Below, piece by piece: positions 39,295 to 50,100 of a stretch of 64,000 bases of DNA (positions within the stretch are counted from its first letter, which is position 1; each line of letters begins with the position of its first letter). The notes under the pieces are model-generated. The model made no database searches, was not told where the DNA came from, and was given only the letters and a program-made list of their open reading frames with translations. The position numbers were made by a program, and so were the translations under genes. Origin of the DNA: an uncultured Gemmatimonadales bacterium (GTDB lineage Bacteria; Gemmatimonadota; Gemmatimonadetes; Longimicrobiales; Gaopeijiaceae); NCBI GenBank assembly GCA_963823035.1, contig CAWGKG010000014.1:608001-672000 (forward strand), given 5' to 3'.

Positions 39295-40830
39295 TCACTG
39301 GAAGCGCTCCTGCAGGCGGCGGCCCACGGACAGCCGGTCCAGCACTTCGTGCTCCAGCGAGAGTCGATCGTCGAGGCAGCTCAGCCGCTGTCGCTGGCTG
39401 CGTCCCTTCTTCCGGTATTCGATGTGCGTGCCGGGCAGCAGGGCGAGGCGCGGCTCCGCGATCTCCGGGTTGTGCCGGCCTGCCTGCTGGAGGGCGGACG
39501 CCACGGCCTGCTTCGCCCCGCGTGCCGTCACGATCGGCATCGCCACGTTGAGCGGCCGTAGCAGCGCCACCGGCGAGCCCAGCCGCCGGCCCACGTCCTC
39601 CCACCGCCCGTCCAGCTCGAATACCGAGCTCGACGTGACCCGGCAGGCGTCGACCATCCAGCGCTTGCCGCCGGCGTCCACGAGCCAGAAGGGGATGAAG
39701 AAGTCCTCGGTGTTCCCGACCTCCTCGGTGAGTCCCAGGAAGCCGAGCCCGATGGCGCTCAGCCACTTGCCGCCCCGCTCCCGCTCGCCGAGCGGCCGCG
39801 CCCAGTCGAACGCCTCGTGGGCGAGCACGGGCACCTCGCCGCGTACGGAGCGCTGGATCTCCGCCCAGCTCTCGATGAGGCCCGCGCCGTCCGCCTCGGC
39901 CCCCTGACCTTCGAGGATCGCGAGCGCGTCCTGCAGGAACGTCGGGAAGCCGAGGTCGACCCGACGCACGATCGCGTCGAAGCTGCGCAGCCAACGCGCG
40001 ATCTGGTCGGCGTGATCCGCCTCCTTGCGTGCCGCCACGGCCGCGAGCGAGCTCTCGACGTCGACGACCGTGTCGTCCTCCAGCTGGTGGGCGACGTCCC
40101 TCAGCGTGTCGGCGATGCGTGCCGCCTCCGGGGCGAGCGCCGCACCCGAGGGCGCATCGGAGCCGAACGCCCGCTCCAGCAGCCCGGCGAGGTCGGCCAG
40201 CGCACGGTAACGTGCGGCGACCACGGGCAGCGGATCGGTCTCCTCGAGGAGGACCTCGAGGCCGCTGCGCGCCGCGGCGAACCCGCGTGCCGTCCGCTCG
40301 CTGCCGGCATACACCACGTTGGAGAGTCCCTGGATCTCCTGCAGCTCCACATCCATGCGGCGGATCGCCGTCCGGTCCTCGTCGGTGACCACGAACGTGC
40401 CGACGTCGGGGCTCGCCAGCCGCGCCCGCAGATCCTTCAGCGTCTGGATCTCGGTCCGCTTCTGCAGAAGCGGGTTGCCGTCCCGCACCTCTTTCGTGCC
40501 CACGGGCGGGAGCAGGGGAAAGCGCTGGAATCCATGCGTCGACTCGATCGCGCGGTCGTGCGCCATCTGCAGCGAGGGAAGGAGGTTCTTCCTGAAGAGA
40601 TAGGCGCGGCTGGACGCGTCGATGCCGGTGCCGCCGCCGACCGCGTCCGTGCCGCCGACGCGCTGCTCGACCCACGAGCGGATCTCGTGGAAGAGCCGCT
40701 CCTCCTCGTCCCGTGCGTGCCTGAAGGTGAAGGGGGTGAGACAGAAGCGGCACTCGTACTGCTCGCTCTCCTGCAACTCCTGCGCGCCGCCGCAGGACGG
40801 ACAGCGGATCTCCGCGGCCGCCCCGCTCAT
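39295..40830 (-). CDS. zinc-ribbon protein with helical core
   Basis: CPSC...CRFC at the N-terminus; FFIPFWLV motif; ATGA overlap with the upstream gene. Confidence 0.75.
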   Translation of the reverse strand: MSGAAAEIRCPSCGGAQELQESEQYECRFCLTPFTFRHARDEEERLFHEIRSWVEQRVGGTDAVGGGTGIDASSRAYLFRKNLLPSLQMAHDRAIESTHGFQRFPLLPPVGTKEVRDGNPLLQKRTEIQTLKDLRARLASPDVGTFVVTDEDRTAIRRMDVELQEIQGLSNVVYAGSERTARGFAAARSGLEVLLEETDPLPVVAARYRALADLAGLLERAFGSDAPSGAALAPEAARIADTLRDVAHQLEDDTVVDVESSLAAVAARKEADHADQIARWLRSFDAIVRRVDLGFPTFLQDALAILEGQGAEADGAGLIESWAEIQRSVRGEVPVLAHEAFDWARPLGERERGGKWLSAIGLGFLGLTEEVGNTEDFFIPFWLVDAGGKRWMVDACRVTSSSVFELDGRWEDVGRRLGSPVALLRPLNVAMPIVTARGAKQAVASALQQAGRHNPEIAEPRLALLPGTHIEYRKKGRSQRQRLSCLDDRLSLEHEVLDRLSVGRRLQERFQ

Positions 40831-41771
40831 CGCTCGGCCACCTTCGACAGGATGTCGACCATCGACCGCTCGACGAGCGACTTCGTCCACGCCTGCAACT
40901 CCTCGACCTTCGCGCGCACATGGCTCTCGAGCCGGATGTCGATGAGCGAGCGACACACCCTGCAGAGCACCACTCGCCGCCGGTCGACGTCGATCGACGA
41001 CGCATCCTGGCCGTTGCGGGCCGCCTCGGACTTCACGAAGGGGGTCACCGAAGCCGGCACGGTCAGGTAGTAGTCACCCTCCCCCGGGAACTCGCGTTGG
41101 CAGACCCAGCACGTCCGGCGCGTCTGGATCCGCTTGAGGCGCGACGCCGCGTCCTCCTGCCATTCCTCGTCCTCGCAGCCTGCGAACGACGCGATGGCCC
41201 GGCCGAACATCTTGCCGGCACCCTCCGGATCGCGGTCCAGCAGCGCCTCGGCGGCGTGGTAGTACATCATGCCGGTGTGGAAGAGGTGGCGACCCCGACC
41301 GGTCTGCACGTGTCGGTCGCCCTGGTGGTGGTGGGGGTAGGTCACCAGGCGGTGGTCGGGGCAGCGCTCGAAGGCGTCGGCCGCCGCCTTGTGCACGTCG
41401 GCCAGCTCGGAGGGCGCGCTGCCCGTCGCCTCGGCCGCCGCGAGGCGGCCGTCGATCTCGGCGATGAGCTGATCGGCCGGCACCCGGTCGGAGCGGTCAC
41501 CCGGACGCTCCACCCAGCCCGCGGGCTCGAGGTGGCCGCGCAGCGCCTTGAGACGCGACAGGTCGCCGCCGTCGATGAACTGGTGCAGCACGGCGCTCGC
41601 GCGGGCGCGGCTCGCCAGCTGGGACTTCCCCTCGTCCCCCGCCTTCTTCGCGGCCTGCTCGAACGCCTGGACCGCCTCCTGCCGCCGGCCCTGGTCCAGC
41701 TCCAGGAGCCCGTGTTCGTAGTACTCCTCAGCGGCGGCGGCGCCGAGCGCGCGCTTGAGACCTTTCAGCAC
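40827..41771 (-). CDS. TPR-like protein with C-terminal C4 zinc finger
   Basis: EYYEHG...EAVQAFEQAA helices; CWVC...CRVC; RBS GGAGG before GTG. Confidence 0.75.
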   Translation of the reverse strand: MLKGLKRALGAAAAEEYYEHGLLELDQGRRQEAVQAFEQAAKKAGDEGKSQLASRARASAVLHQFIDGGDLSRLKALRGHLEPAGWVERPGDRSDRVPADQLIAEIDGRLAAAEATGSAPSELADVHKAAADAFERCPDHRLVTYPHHHQGDRHVQTGRGRHLFHTGMMYYHAAEALLDRDPEGAGKMFGRAIASFAGCEDEEWQEDAASRLKRIQTRRTCWVCQREFPGEGDYYLTVPASVTPFVKSEAARNGQDASSIDVDRRRVVLCRVCRSLIDIRLESHVRAKVEELQAWTKSLVERSMVDILSKVAER

Positions 41772-41926
41772 AGGACCTCCAACCGGTCTGTGGAGAGCCG
41801 TGATCCGCTCTCCCCGTACGCACCCGCCCGGCGTCGCCGGGACCTCGTTCCGCTATGCGAAGAAGCGACACCGATTGCGTCACTCCGATATCGACATCGA
41901 CCGGCGCGACCGCGCGCCGAGGCAAA

Positions 41927-44275
41927 TCAGAAGACGAGCGTGTGCGTGTACTTCATCGTCAGGGTGCGCGCCTCCGACAGGGGCAGGCGGGGCAGACCCA
42001 CGACGTCGCGCTGGACGTTCAGCCCTTCGTTCCAGACCAGCCACAGGTCCTGCCCCTCGCGGAAGTCGTAGCGGAGGCGGGCGTTCGTGCTGACCTGATC
42101 GGTGAGCGAGTTGTACTGGACGAAGGTGTCGACGGACAGGTGCGTGTTCCACGCGGCCCGGGCCTGCAGGCGCAGCAGGTTCGCGTCGAACGCCTCGCCC
42201 CGCTCCGCGAAGCGGATGCGGTTCCAGGTCCAGCCGCCGATCAGCTCCAGATGCTGGTTCACGGCCCAGTTCAGCGAGGACTCCGTCCCGACGCGACGCC
42301 CGTCGTAGAGCTGTCCGACCGTGACCGTCAGGTTGGGCCGGACGGGCCACCCCCTCGGCGCGCGGAACTCCACGGCGCCCTCGGTGGCGCGGTAGCTGCC
42401 GACCGGGATCTCGGTCTGGTCCGAGAGGGTGAACGCCTCGGGAACGTCCTCGTACGTCGTCCGGGCGGTCAGCGTGAGGGACGTGCCCGGTTTGGTCTCG
42501 AAGGTGAGGAACGGCTCGAGCTGTCCCGTGTCCACGCGGTGGTCCGCGTTGCGCATCCACAGGTTGCTCTTCAGCCCCAGCCAGATCCTGCGGAAGGACG
42601 AGTCCTCGCCAGGATACCACTGGTAGTTCCAGTCGCTCTGCGCGCGCGTGAAGTCCTGGCGCAGCTCGAAGCCCAAGCCCGGCTCGTAGCCCGCGCCCGA
42701 CCAGGTGAAGGCGTTCTGGTAGCTGAAGCCCTGCTGCCGGCGCCGGGTCCAGTCCAGCACGACACGGCCGGCGTCCAGGCCGTGCGGCACGCCGTCGCGG
42801 GCCTCGTCGCCGCCCTGGACCGTCTGCAGCCACTTCATGGTGAGGTACTCGTCGCCGACCAGGCGGAGCTGCGTGTCGACCCCGTAGGTCACGTTGTACG
42901 CGCCGCCGCCGCCGATCCGCGAGGTGGCCATCCCACCCACGAACGAGTTGGCGTTCAGGACCCGCCGGCGCAGGCGGAGCACCCCGAAGTTCTCCGAGGG
43001 CGTGGCGATCTCGTCGACCGTCTCCGGTGCCTTGGCGGTCTGCATCTCGATGAAGCCCAGGTCCCACCCGCCGGCCCGTCCCACCAGGCGCGCGCCGCCC
43101 AGGATGCGGATCGGCGCGCCCTCCTCCGAGAGCCCGATGCGCCGGGTGTAGAAGAGCGTGCCCCGCTCGGCACCCGTGTCGAAGCCGAAGATGCCGGCCC
43201 GCTCCTGGAAGAACGGGCGCTTCTCGTCGAAGAAGAGCGAGAAGCGCGTCAGGTTCACCTGTTGCTGGTCGGCCTCGACGGCCGCGAAGTCGGTGTTGAC
43301 GGTCAGGTCGAGGGTGAGGTTCGGCGTCGGGTTGATCTTGACGTCGCCGCCGAGCTCGAAGGCGTTGTCGGACGCGGTCAGGTAGCGGTCACCCGCCGTG
43401 GCGAGCTCCGCCGAGCGGTCCCGGGCGGTGAGCACGTAGGGCGTGACGTAGACGGGGTTGCGCGGCGTCACGCCCTGCAAGCGGACGTCCTGGAAGGCGG
43501 ACACCTGCGTGTACGGAGCGCTCGGCGGGATGGCGGGAAAGGTCCACCGGTCCCCCTTCGCGGGCTCGTAGGCGTACGCCATCATCCCCATCACGACGGA
43601 TCCGTCGGGGGCCGCCTGGAAGCGCAGGCTGGAGAAGGGGATGCGCATCTCGCCGAACCACCCCTCGGCCGTGATCCGCGTCTTCAGGTCCCAGAACGTG
43701 TTCCAGGACATGCCGCGCGGACCTCCGCCCTGGCCGCGTCCCCCGCCGTCCCCACCCTGCCCGTCGCCCGCGATGCTCATGTCCATGCGGGTGCCCAGGG
43801 GCAGCCCCACGAAGCGCACCGCGTTCTCGTCGTCGTTGAACGTGTCGAGGAGGATCCCGAAGCCGTCGTCTCCGCTCCACCGGTCGCGCGTCAGGGAGAA
43901 GGCGCGGATCTCGTCCGGGCTGGCGTGGAAGAACCGGGCGGCCACGTAGAGGGCATCGTCGTCGTAGCCCACACGGAGCTCGATGCGACGCTCGCTCGTG
44001 CCCCGGAACGAGGGCTCGTACATCGTGAGCGGGAGCGCCTCGACGCGCTGCCACGCCTCCTCGTCCGGAATCCCGTCCAGCGTGATCGGGCCGTCGAGCC
44101 GGGTGAGATCCCGCACGCCCCCCGCCACGGGCGCCCCTACCCCCACGGCGAGCGCACCGGCCGGCCCGGCGGAAACGGCGGCGTCCTGGGCACGCAACCC
44201 GGTCGCGAGCAGCGACGCTGCGATCAGCGCGCCGCCCGCCAGGAGGGTCGGGGAGGGTCTGTGGACGACGGACAT
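41927..44275 (-). CDS. DUF5916 / CBM9-like domain outer-membrane protein
   Basis: ITLDGIPDEEAW, EMRIPFSSLRF, LTVNTDFA.VEAD, FFDEKRPFF.E, C-terminal Phe. Confidence 0.88.
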   Translation of the reverse strand: MSVVHRPSPTLLAGGALIAASLLATGLRAQDAAVSAGPAGALAVGVGAPVAGGVRDLTRLDGPITLDGIPDEEAWQRVEALPLTMYEPSFRGTSERRIELRVGYDDDALYVAARFFHASPDEIRAFSLTRDRWSGDDGFGILLDTFNDDENAVRFVGLPLGTRMDMSIAGDGQGGDGGGRGQGGGPRGMSWNTFWDLKTRITAEGWFGEMRIPFSSLRFQAAPDGSVVMGMMAYAYEPAKGDRWTFPAIPPSAPYTQVSAFQDVRLQGVTPRNPVYVTPYVLTARDRSAELATAGDRYLTASDNAFELGGDVKINPTPNLTLDLTVNTDFAAVEADQQQVNLTRFSLFFDEKRPFFQERAGIFGFDTGAERGTLFYTRRIGLSEEGAPIRILGGARLVGRAGGWDLGFIEMQTAKAPETVDEIATPSENFGVLRLRRRVLNANSFVGGMATSRIGGGGAYNVTYGVDTQLRLVGDEYLTMKWLQTVQGGDEARDGVPHGLDAGRVVLDWTRRRQQGFSYQNAFTWSGAGYEPGLGFELRQDFTRAQSDWNYQWYPGEDSSFRRIWLGLKSNLWMRNADHRVDTGQLEPFLTFETKPGTSLTLTARTTYEDVPEAFTLSDQTEIPVGSYRATEGAVEFRAPRGWPVRPNLTVTVGQLYDGRRVGTESSLNWAVNQHLELIGGWTWNRIRFAERGEAFDANLLRLQARAAWNTHLSVDTFVQYNSLTDQVSTNARLRYDFREGQDLWLVWNEGLNVQRDVVGLPRLPLSEARTLTMKYTHTLVF

Positions 44276-44340
44276 GGCGCTCCAAGAGAAGGGGAACGCC
44301 CCCTCCGCGCCAGAGCATCAGGCGCCCCGGACGCCTGGGG

Positions 44341-45807
44341 TCAGGACCCGCCTTCGCCCTTCACGATCAACTGGGCCGTCCCCCGCGCGCCGACCCGCAC
44401 CAGGAGCGCCGTGCGCGTCGCGCGCACGCCGAGGATGTTCACCGAGTCGACGGTCCCCCGCACCTGCAGATCGTCGGAGAGGTCGCGGTTCAACCCCTGG
44501 TCCAGCCATCCCGAGATGAAGCGCACCGCCGGGGCGGCGGGCCAGCTCGCCCGCTCGCGGAGAAGGTCGCGAAGCTCGTCCGCGCGCAACCACGCCGCGG
44601 TGGCCACGACCACGTTGCGCGTCGCCAGATCGAAGTCGAGGTCGGGCACCGAGATGCGCGCCGTGGCCCGGTCGATCACCGGCGTGCCCACGAGGTAGAG
44701 GCGCCCCTCGACGTCTCCGGACACGTGCAGCTCCACCGCGAGCCGCCCGCCGCCGATCCCGAACACGCGCAGGGAGTCGAGGCGGACGCGTCGGCCTTCG
44801 TGCTCCATCTCGTTCCCGCCCAGCTCCTCCGTCAGGAAGTCGCTGGCCGCGCCGTACTCGGCCCGCGCCTCCACGAGCAGGTCGAGGCCTTCCGCCACCG
44901 ATCCGGTGTCCAGGGGCGGCAGCTCGCGATGGGCCACCTCCGGACGGGGTCCGTACGAGATGGTCGGGCGGGCGCGCAGGGCGAGGTCCATGGCCACCGA
45001 GTCCCCCTCCCCATGCATCGGTCCGCGCCGCACCGCCTCGGGCTGCATGACGAGCCAGAGGGAATCGGTGAGATGGATCGGCTCCTGGAGCGTGCGCCAC
45101 CACCCCACGAAGCTCGAGCGCAGGTCCGCCTCCGCGGCCAGCGTGTCGATGTCGGCCACGTGCGCCTCCAGGAACCGCCGCGCGGCGTCCACGATCCGGC
45201 CGGTGACGTCGAAGTCGAGGAAGGTGACGGTGCATCGGTCGCGGTCCGCGTCCGACGCCGGACCGATGTCCGCGACGCGGGCGCGCGTCCGCAGGCGCCA
45301 GCGGTCGTCGATCGCCACAGGCGCGCGCAGCGTCACGGCGAGGCGCGGCCCCGGGCCGTCGTCCGTACCGCAGGATCCGCTCACCTCGGGCAGCACCGGT
45401 GGGTCGTACCAGAGGCGCACGCCGTACTCGATCGTGGTCCGGACCGTCGCGGTGGTGCCGTCGAGGGTGGCGTCGAACGGGCCGCGCGCGAGATGGTAGG
45501 CCAGATGCGTCCGGTCGTTGCCCGGCAGGCTCTCCCGCTGGGAGAGGTCGCCGTACTCGGTCGGTACCGCGTCTTCGAGGAGGTCGATCAAGCGGTCGAG
45601 CGGAATCCGGATACCGGCCGCCACGCTGGACGCGGGGATCGGCGGCGGGGCCGCATCGTCGGCCATGAGCTCCGGAAGCCTCGGGTCGAGGAAGCCCTCG
45701 CGGGGGCGCCCCATGACCAACCACGGCGACGCGAGGCCGATCGCACCCGCCAGCCAGCCCCACCAGGGGATGGAGAGCGCGCGCGCCCTCAGCTGTTCCA
45801 GGAGCAT
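44341..45807 (-). CDS. DUF4403 family protein
   Basis: N-terminal TM then beta-rich domain; C....FDVT, GRLYLVGTPV.D...ISVPDLDF. Confidence 0.75.
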   Translation of the reverse strand: MLLEQLRARALSIPWWGWLAGAIGLASPWLVMGRPREGFLDPRLPELMADDAAPPPIPASSVAAGIRIPLDRLIDLLEDAVPTEYGDLSQRESLPGNDRTHLAYHLARGPFDATLDGTTATVRTTIEYGVRLWYDPPVLPEVSGSCGTDDGPGPRLAVTLRAPVAIDDRWRLRTRARVADIGPASDADRDRCTVTFLDFDVTGRIVDAARRFLEAHVADIDTLAAEADLRSSFVGWWRTLQEPIHLTDSLWLVMQPEAVRRGPMHGEGDSVAMDLALRARPTISYGPRPEVAHRELPPLDTGSVAEGLDLLVEARAEYGAASDFLTEELGGNEMEHEGRRVRLDSLRVFGIGGGRLAVELHVSGDVEGRLYLVGTPVIDRATARISVPDLDFDLATRNVVVATAAWLRADELRDLLRERASWPAAPAVRFISGWLDQGLNRDLSDDLQVRGTVDSVNILGVRATRTALLVRVGARGTAQLIVKGEGGS

Positions 45808-45914
45808 CGGAGTGCCTCCCACGGTGACGGCCGCCGCACGATGCCACGCGCCGTTCTGCCTCCGACAGTCTCGGGCTCCGGAGCGCGATGAGCCAGTCCG
45901 GAGTCGATGTCCTT

Positions 45915-45939
45915 TAACGCGCGGCCCCGACGGCGCGTC
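45915..45939 (+). promoter_or_regulatory. possible ECF-type promoter TAAC-N17-CGTC
   Basis: About 55 nt upstream of the hydrolase start; short motif, so weak. Confidence 0.3.
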
Positions 45940-45994
45940 GGTAGGCGCGACGAGGGACGGGGGATCCGTCCCCATCGCCATCGAGGAGGTCGTC

Positions 45995-47050
45995 ATGAAG
46001 CGCAGGGACGAGCGACCCGCACGGTTCGGGGCGATCCTGCTGGGCATGGTGGCCGCGGGGTGCGCGGCGGCGGGAGCCGCGTCCGCGGCGTCGAGCGAGG
46101 CGGGTTCGGCGACGGTGTGCGACGCCGTGTGGCGGGACGCGGCTCGGGGGCGCGACATCCCCGTCCGTATCCGCATCCCCGACGGTGACGGGAAGGTCCC
46201 GGTGATCCTCTTCTCGCACGGCCTGGGTGGGTCCGTCGACGCCGGCACGACCTGGGGTGAGGCGTGGTCGGAGAACGGCTTCGCCGTGGTGCACGTGCAG
46301 CACCCTGGCAGCGACGCGTCGATCTGGCAGAACGAGAAGGGCGTGGCGGCCCGTCTGGCGGCGATGCGCGCCGCGATGACCGGCGAGCAGCTCCGGGCGC
46401 GGGCCGACGACGTTGGCTTCGTGCTCGACGAGCTGGGGCGGCGCGGGGCGGAGGGGCGCTGCGACCTCGGCCGCGTCGACCTCGACCGCGTCGGGATGTC
46501 GGGACACAGCTTCGGCGCGCATACGACACAGGCCGTGGCGGGTCAGACCTTCCCCGGCGTCGGGCAGCGAGGGCTTCGGGATCCGAGGGTCCGCGCCGCG
46601 GTCGCGTTCAGTCCCGGCCCACCGCGTGGGGGCGACGAGGCGGTGCGCGCCGCCTTCGCGTCGATCACGATGCCGTTCTTCTCGATCACGGGCACCGAGG
46701 ACGAGTCGGCGATGGTCCCCGACGTCACCGCCGGGGACCGCGAGCTCCCCTACCGCTCCATGCCGGCGGGAGACAAGTACCTCCTCGTCTTCGACGGCGC
46801 CACGCACGCCGACCTGAGCGGCGGCGGCGGGGTCGAGGATGCAGGGGCGCGGCGTTTCCCCAGGCGCGGCGCCGCCGGCGGACGCCGGGGAACGGACGAC
46901 GCCGGCGAGCACATCGACGAGGTCGTGGCGGCCGCCACGGTCGCCTTCTGGAAGGCGACGCTTCTCGGCGACGGGGACGCTCGCCGGTTCCTCGACGAGG
47001 GTGGCGTCGAGCGCATGCTCTCCCGGGCGGATCGCTTCAAGCGGAAGTGA
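45995..47050 (+). CDS. alpha/beta hydrolase (PAF-acetylhydrolase/dienelactone hydrolase-like), exported
   Basis: ILFSHGLGGS, GMSGHSFGA nucleophile elbow, ITGTED, GATH; RBS GAGGAGG. Confidence 0.88.
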   Translation: MKRRDERPARFGAILLGMVAAGCAAAGAASAASSEAGSATVCDAVWRDAARGRDIPVRIRIPDGDGKVPVILFSHGLGGSVDAGTTWGEAWSENGFAVVHVQHPGSDASIWQNEKGVAARLAAMRAAMTGEQLRARADDVGFVLDELGRRGAEGRCDLGRVDLDRVGMSGHSFGAHTTQAVAGQTFPGVGQRGLRDPRVRAAVAFSPGPPRGGDEAVRAAFASITMPFFSITGTEDESAMVPDVTAGDRELPYRSMPAGDKYLLVFDGATHADLSGGGGVEDAGARRFPRRGAAGGRRGTDDAGEHIDEVVAAATVAFWKATLLGDGDARRFLDEGGVERMLSRADRFKRK

Positions 47051-47055
47051 TCGTG

Positions 47056-47084
47056 GAAACGACGCCGGGCGCCCGTCCGTAGGG
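47056..47084 (+). promoter_or_regulatory. ECF-type promoter GAAAC-N17-CGTAGGG
   Basis: About 115 nt upstream of the SEDS gene; identical -35/-10 boxes to those before two permeases. Confidence 0.65.
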
Positions 47085-47199
47085 CCACTCAGCCCCCCGA
47101 CCGCGCCACGTCGCGCGGGGGGCGCCACCACGAGGGACGGAGGCGCGCCCCCCCGACGCAATCGGCGGCGTTCCCGTCCCGTGGAGAAGGGAGGCGGGG

Positions 47200-50100
47200 A
47201 TGGACGCACGGGAGGGCGGCGCGGCGGAGGGTGGAGGTCGGAGCCTCCCCAGGGCGTTCTGGATCGGGACCGTGGTGGTCGCGATCACGTTGGTGTACCT
47301 GGCGAGGGTGCGCCCGAGCTGGCCGTGGTTCTCGCTCTGGGTCTTCGCGCTCCTCGCCCTGCTGGGCATCCTGTCCCTTCCGGCGGTGCGTCGCGCGCTG
47401 AACCTCTCCTGGTTCGGCGTCACCCTCCTGGTGCTGACCGGGACGGCATGCTTCGATCTCTACCTCTTCCAGGTGGAGGCCCACCGCCAGCGGAGTGAGC
47501 GGCTGGAGGTCCGGGGTGTGTACTTCGCGCCCGAGACCGAGCCCATCCGGGTCGGCGTGGGCCGACGCGACCTGGACGTGCGGCTCGAGGGCGCGCTCAC
47601 GGACTTCGATCGCTGGTCGGTCGACGTGCGCCGGCTCGATGCCACCCGCTTCGTGGTCGTCCGCCCCTATCAGGTGGACATGCTGCGCGTGCGCGCCCCC
47701 TCGGGCTGGTGGCCGCCGCGCGCCGCCGGCACGGTGCCCGCATTGGGCGCGCGCCTCGGCGGAGGCACGCCACCCGTCCCGACGGGAGGGGAGGGCGAGG
47801 CGGGCCTCGAGCTCCGGCTCGTCCCGCAAGGGCTGCGCGGCGCCCTCGCGTGGGGCCCGGGCACCGCCGATCTGTCGGTGGCCGACCCCCTCCTCGACCG
47901 GAGGCTGTCCAGCGGCCTGTCCCGCGGGATCCCTCTGGCGGAGCTGGATTGGGACACGCTTCCCGACCCTGAGCGGGCCGCGGACCTGGTGCTCACCCGC
48001 ACCGGCCGTGGACGCTCGCTCGGACGGCTGCGCCTGAGGCTTCCCTCGTACCGTATCGTGTCGCGGGCGGATGGCGACGCCTGGGCCGAGGGAACGGGCG
48101 CGGTGCTCTCCCCCGGGGACACCCTGTGGGTCACCTCGCGCGGGAAGACCTGGGCGTTCGGCGTCGACCTCGTTCCCGGCGTGTCCCGGGTGGCCGCCCC
48201 GGTGGCGATCACCTTCGTGCGCCGGCCGCGACCCTCGGGGTGGGCACTCCCGTCCACCGAGGCGTGCGGAAGCACCGCCGACCGCTGTGCCGTGATCTCG
48301 ACCCGCCCGCTGCCACCGCCTCAGCCGCACTTCGACCTGAGCGGCTTCGGCCTCGACACCGCCCGCTACGCCGTGCTCGCGCGCCTGGAGTCGAACGGTA
48401 GCGGTGTGCGCATCGTGGGCGCCCACACGGCGGCCACCATCCCCTACGGCACGGTCCATCCGTTGCCGGCGCTCACGCAGGGCGGCCGCGCTCCGGACGC
48501 CGGCATCCTCCTCGCGGTGAGCCGTGAGGACCAGGGCCGGCAGAGCGCCGTCCTCCTCACCGTGCTCACGCTCTACCTCATGGTGATCGGGGCTCTCGTC
48601 GTGCTCTCGGGAGATCTCCGGCTCTGGGAGCGACGCAAGGAGGAGGCTTCGCCGCACGTGACCGCGGCGTGGGCGTTCCTCAACGTCTTCTTCCTCTTCC
48701 TGGGCATCCGCCTCGCCCTCGGGCTGCGGGTGGCCTACACCCCGCCCTTCTACGAGCGCGCGGCGGCGACGGCGGTCGGGCTGTGGGTCACCTTCGCGGT
48801 CATGCTCGTCGCCCTGGGCCGGTGGTCCGCGTGGGCGCCGCGCTTCTGGCGGTTGGTGGGCCGCGTGGAGCGTCCGCTCTCCGGGCTCTTCCTCCCTCGC
48901 CTGCGCGGCCCGGCGCCCGGCGCCGGTGGCTCCGGTCCCGCTCCGGCCGGCGTCGACCCGCCATCGACGGAGCCGGTCGTCGACGCAGCCACCCGGAAAC
49001 GGGCCCGGCTGCGCACGTTCGCGGGGCTCGTCCTCTTCCTGGCGTCGTTGGGCGTCGTGCTCTGGCAGCGCCCCGAGGCCGCGTCGGGGCTGGTCGTCGC
49101 GGTCGTGGGCCTCGGCGCCTGGCTGGCGATGGGGATCGCCCGCGCCGGATCCGTGACCTCCATGGATCGCGCGCCCATGGACGTCGTGACGGACCACCCC
49201 CAAGCGGGGCGGGCCTCCGCATCCTACGCGGTCGCCGCCGGCGCGGCCGCCGTGCTCGCCCTGGCGATCCACGCGCCGGAGCTGGCCCTCGCGCCCGTTC
49301 TCGCCCTCCTTGCGCTCTTCGCGGTCAACCTGCTGGCGGGCTGGACCGGATGGGCCGAGACGCCCCTTCGGCGCGCGTGGATCCTCTTCGTCGCGACGCT
49401 GGCCATGGCTGCCGTCGGCGCGTACGCGTTCTCTCCCTGGCCGCTGTGGACGCTCGGCTCGCTGGGCGTCGTCGCCGCGGGGCTGGCTCTGTGGCTCTCG
49501 GGACGTCGCGAGGGCGCGGAGCGCAGGATCGTGCTCCGCTATCGAGATCTGACGGAATTCGGCCGCGGCGTGTTCTCGGGCGTGGGGTGGATCGGCGTGC
49601 TGGGGGTGCTGGGCGTCCTCGTCTTCCTGGACACCCGGGAGATCCCCCCCTTCGTGCGCTTCGCGTTGGTGTTCATGCTCTTCCTCCTGGCCATCCGCGC
49701 CGGGCTGGCGTGCCACCGCGTCCTCGAGAGCACGGCGGAGGGTGCGCGCGTGAAGGGCCGGATCGAGGCCCTCGGCCTGCTGGTGATTCCCCTGGGCGTG
49801 CTGCTCGTGTTCATGCTCTTCGACTTCGGGCTCGGGCTCGTCTTCTTCGCGCCCATGTTCGTCACCGTGCTGCTGGCGGCGCGCATCGACCGGCTCCCGG
49901 CCTCCCTCGCACTGGCGTCGCTCGCCCTGGTGGCAGGCGTGGGCGCCGTGGCGTGGTCGGTGCTGGAACCATCGCTGAGCGCCCTGCGCTCCGCCCCCGA
50001 CATCCCGACCTTCTCGCGGGAATACCAGGATGTCGGCAACCCGCTCATCGACGGCCTGCGCGTGGCGGGGCTCTCGGGCCCGATCACGCGCGCGACGGTG

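Noticed and set aside
41790..41860. ECF promoter for the SPFH operon (GGAAC...CGTA)
   Set aside because: The spacer is 26 nt, too long
47092..47180. Two GC-rich hairpins in the SEDS leader as a riboswitch
   Set aside because: No known aptamer consensus; such stems are common at this GC content
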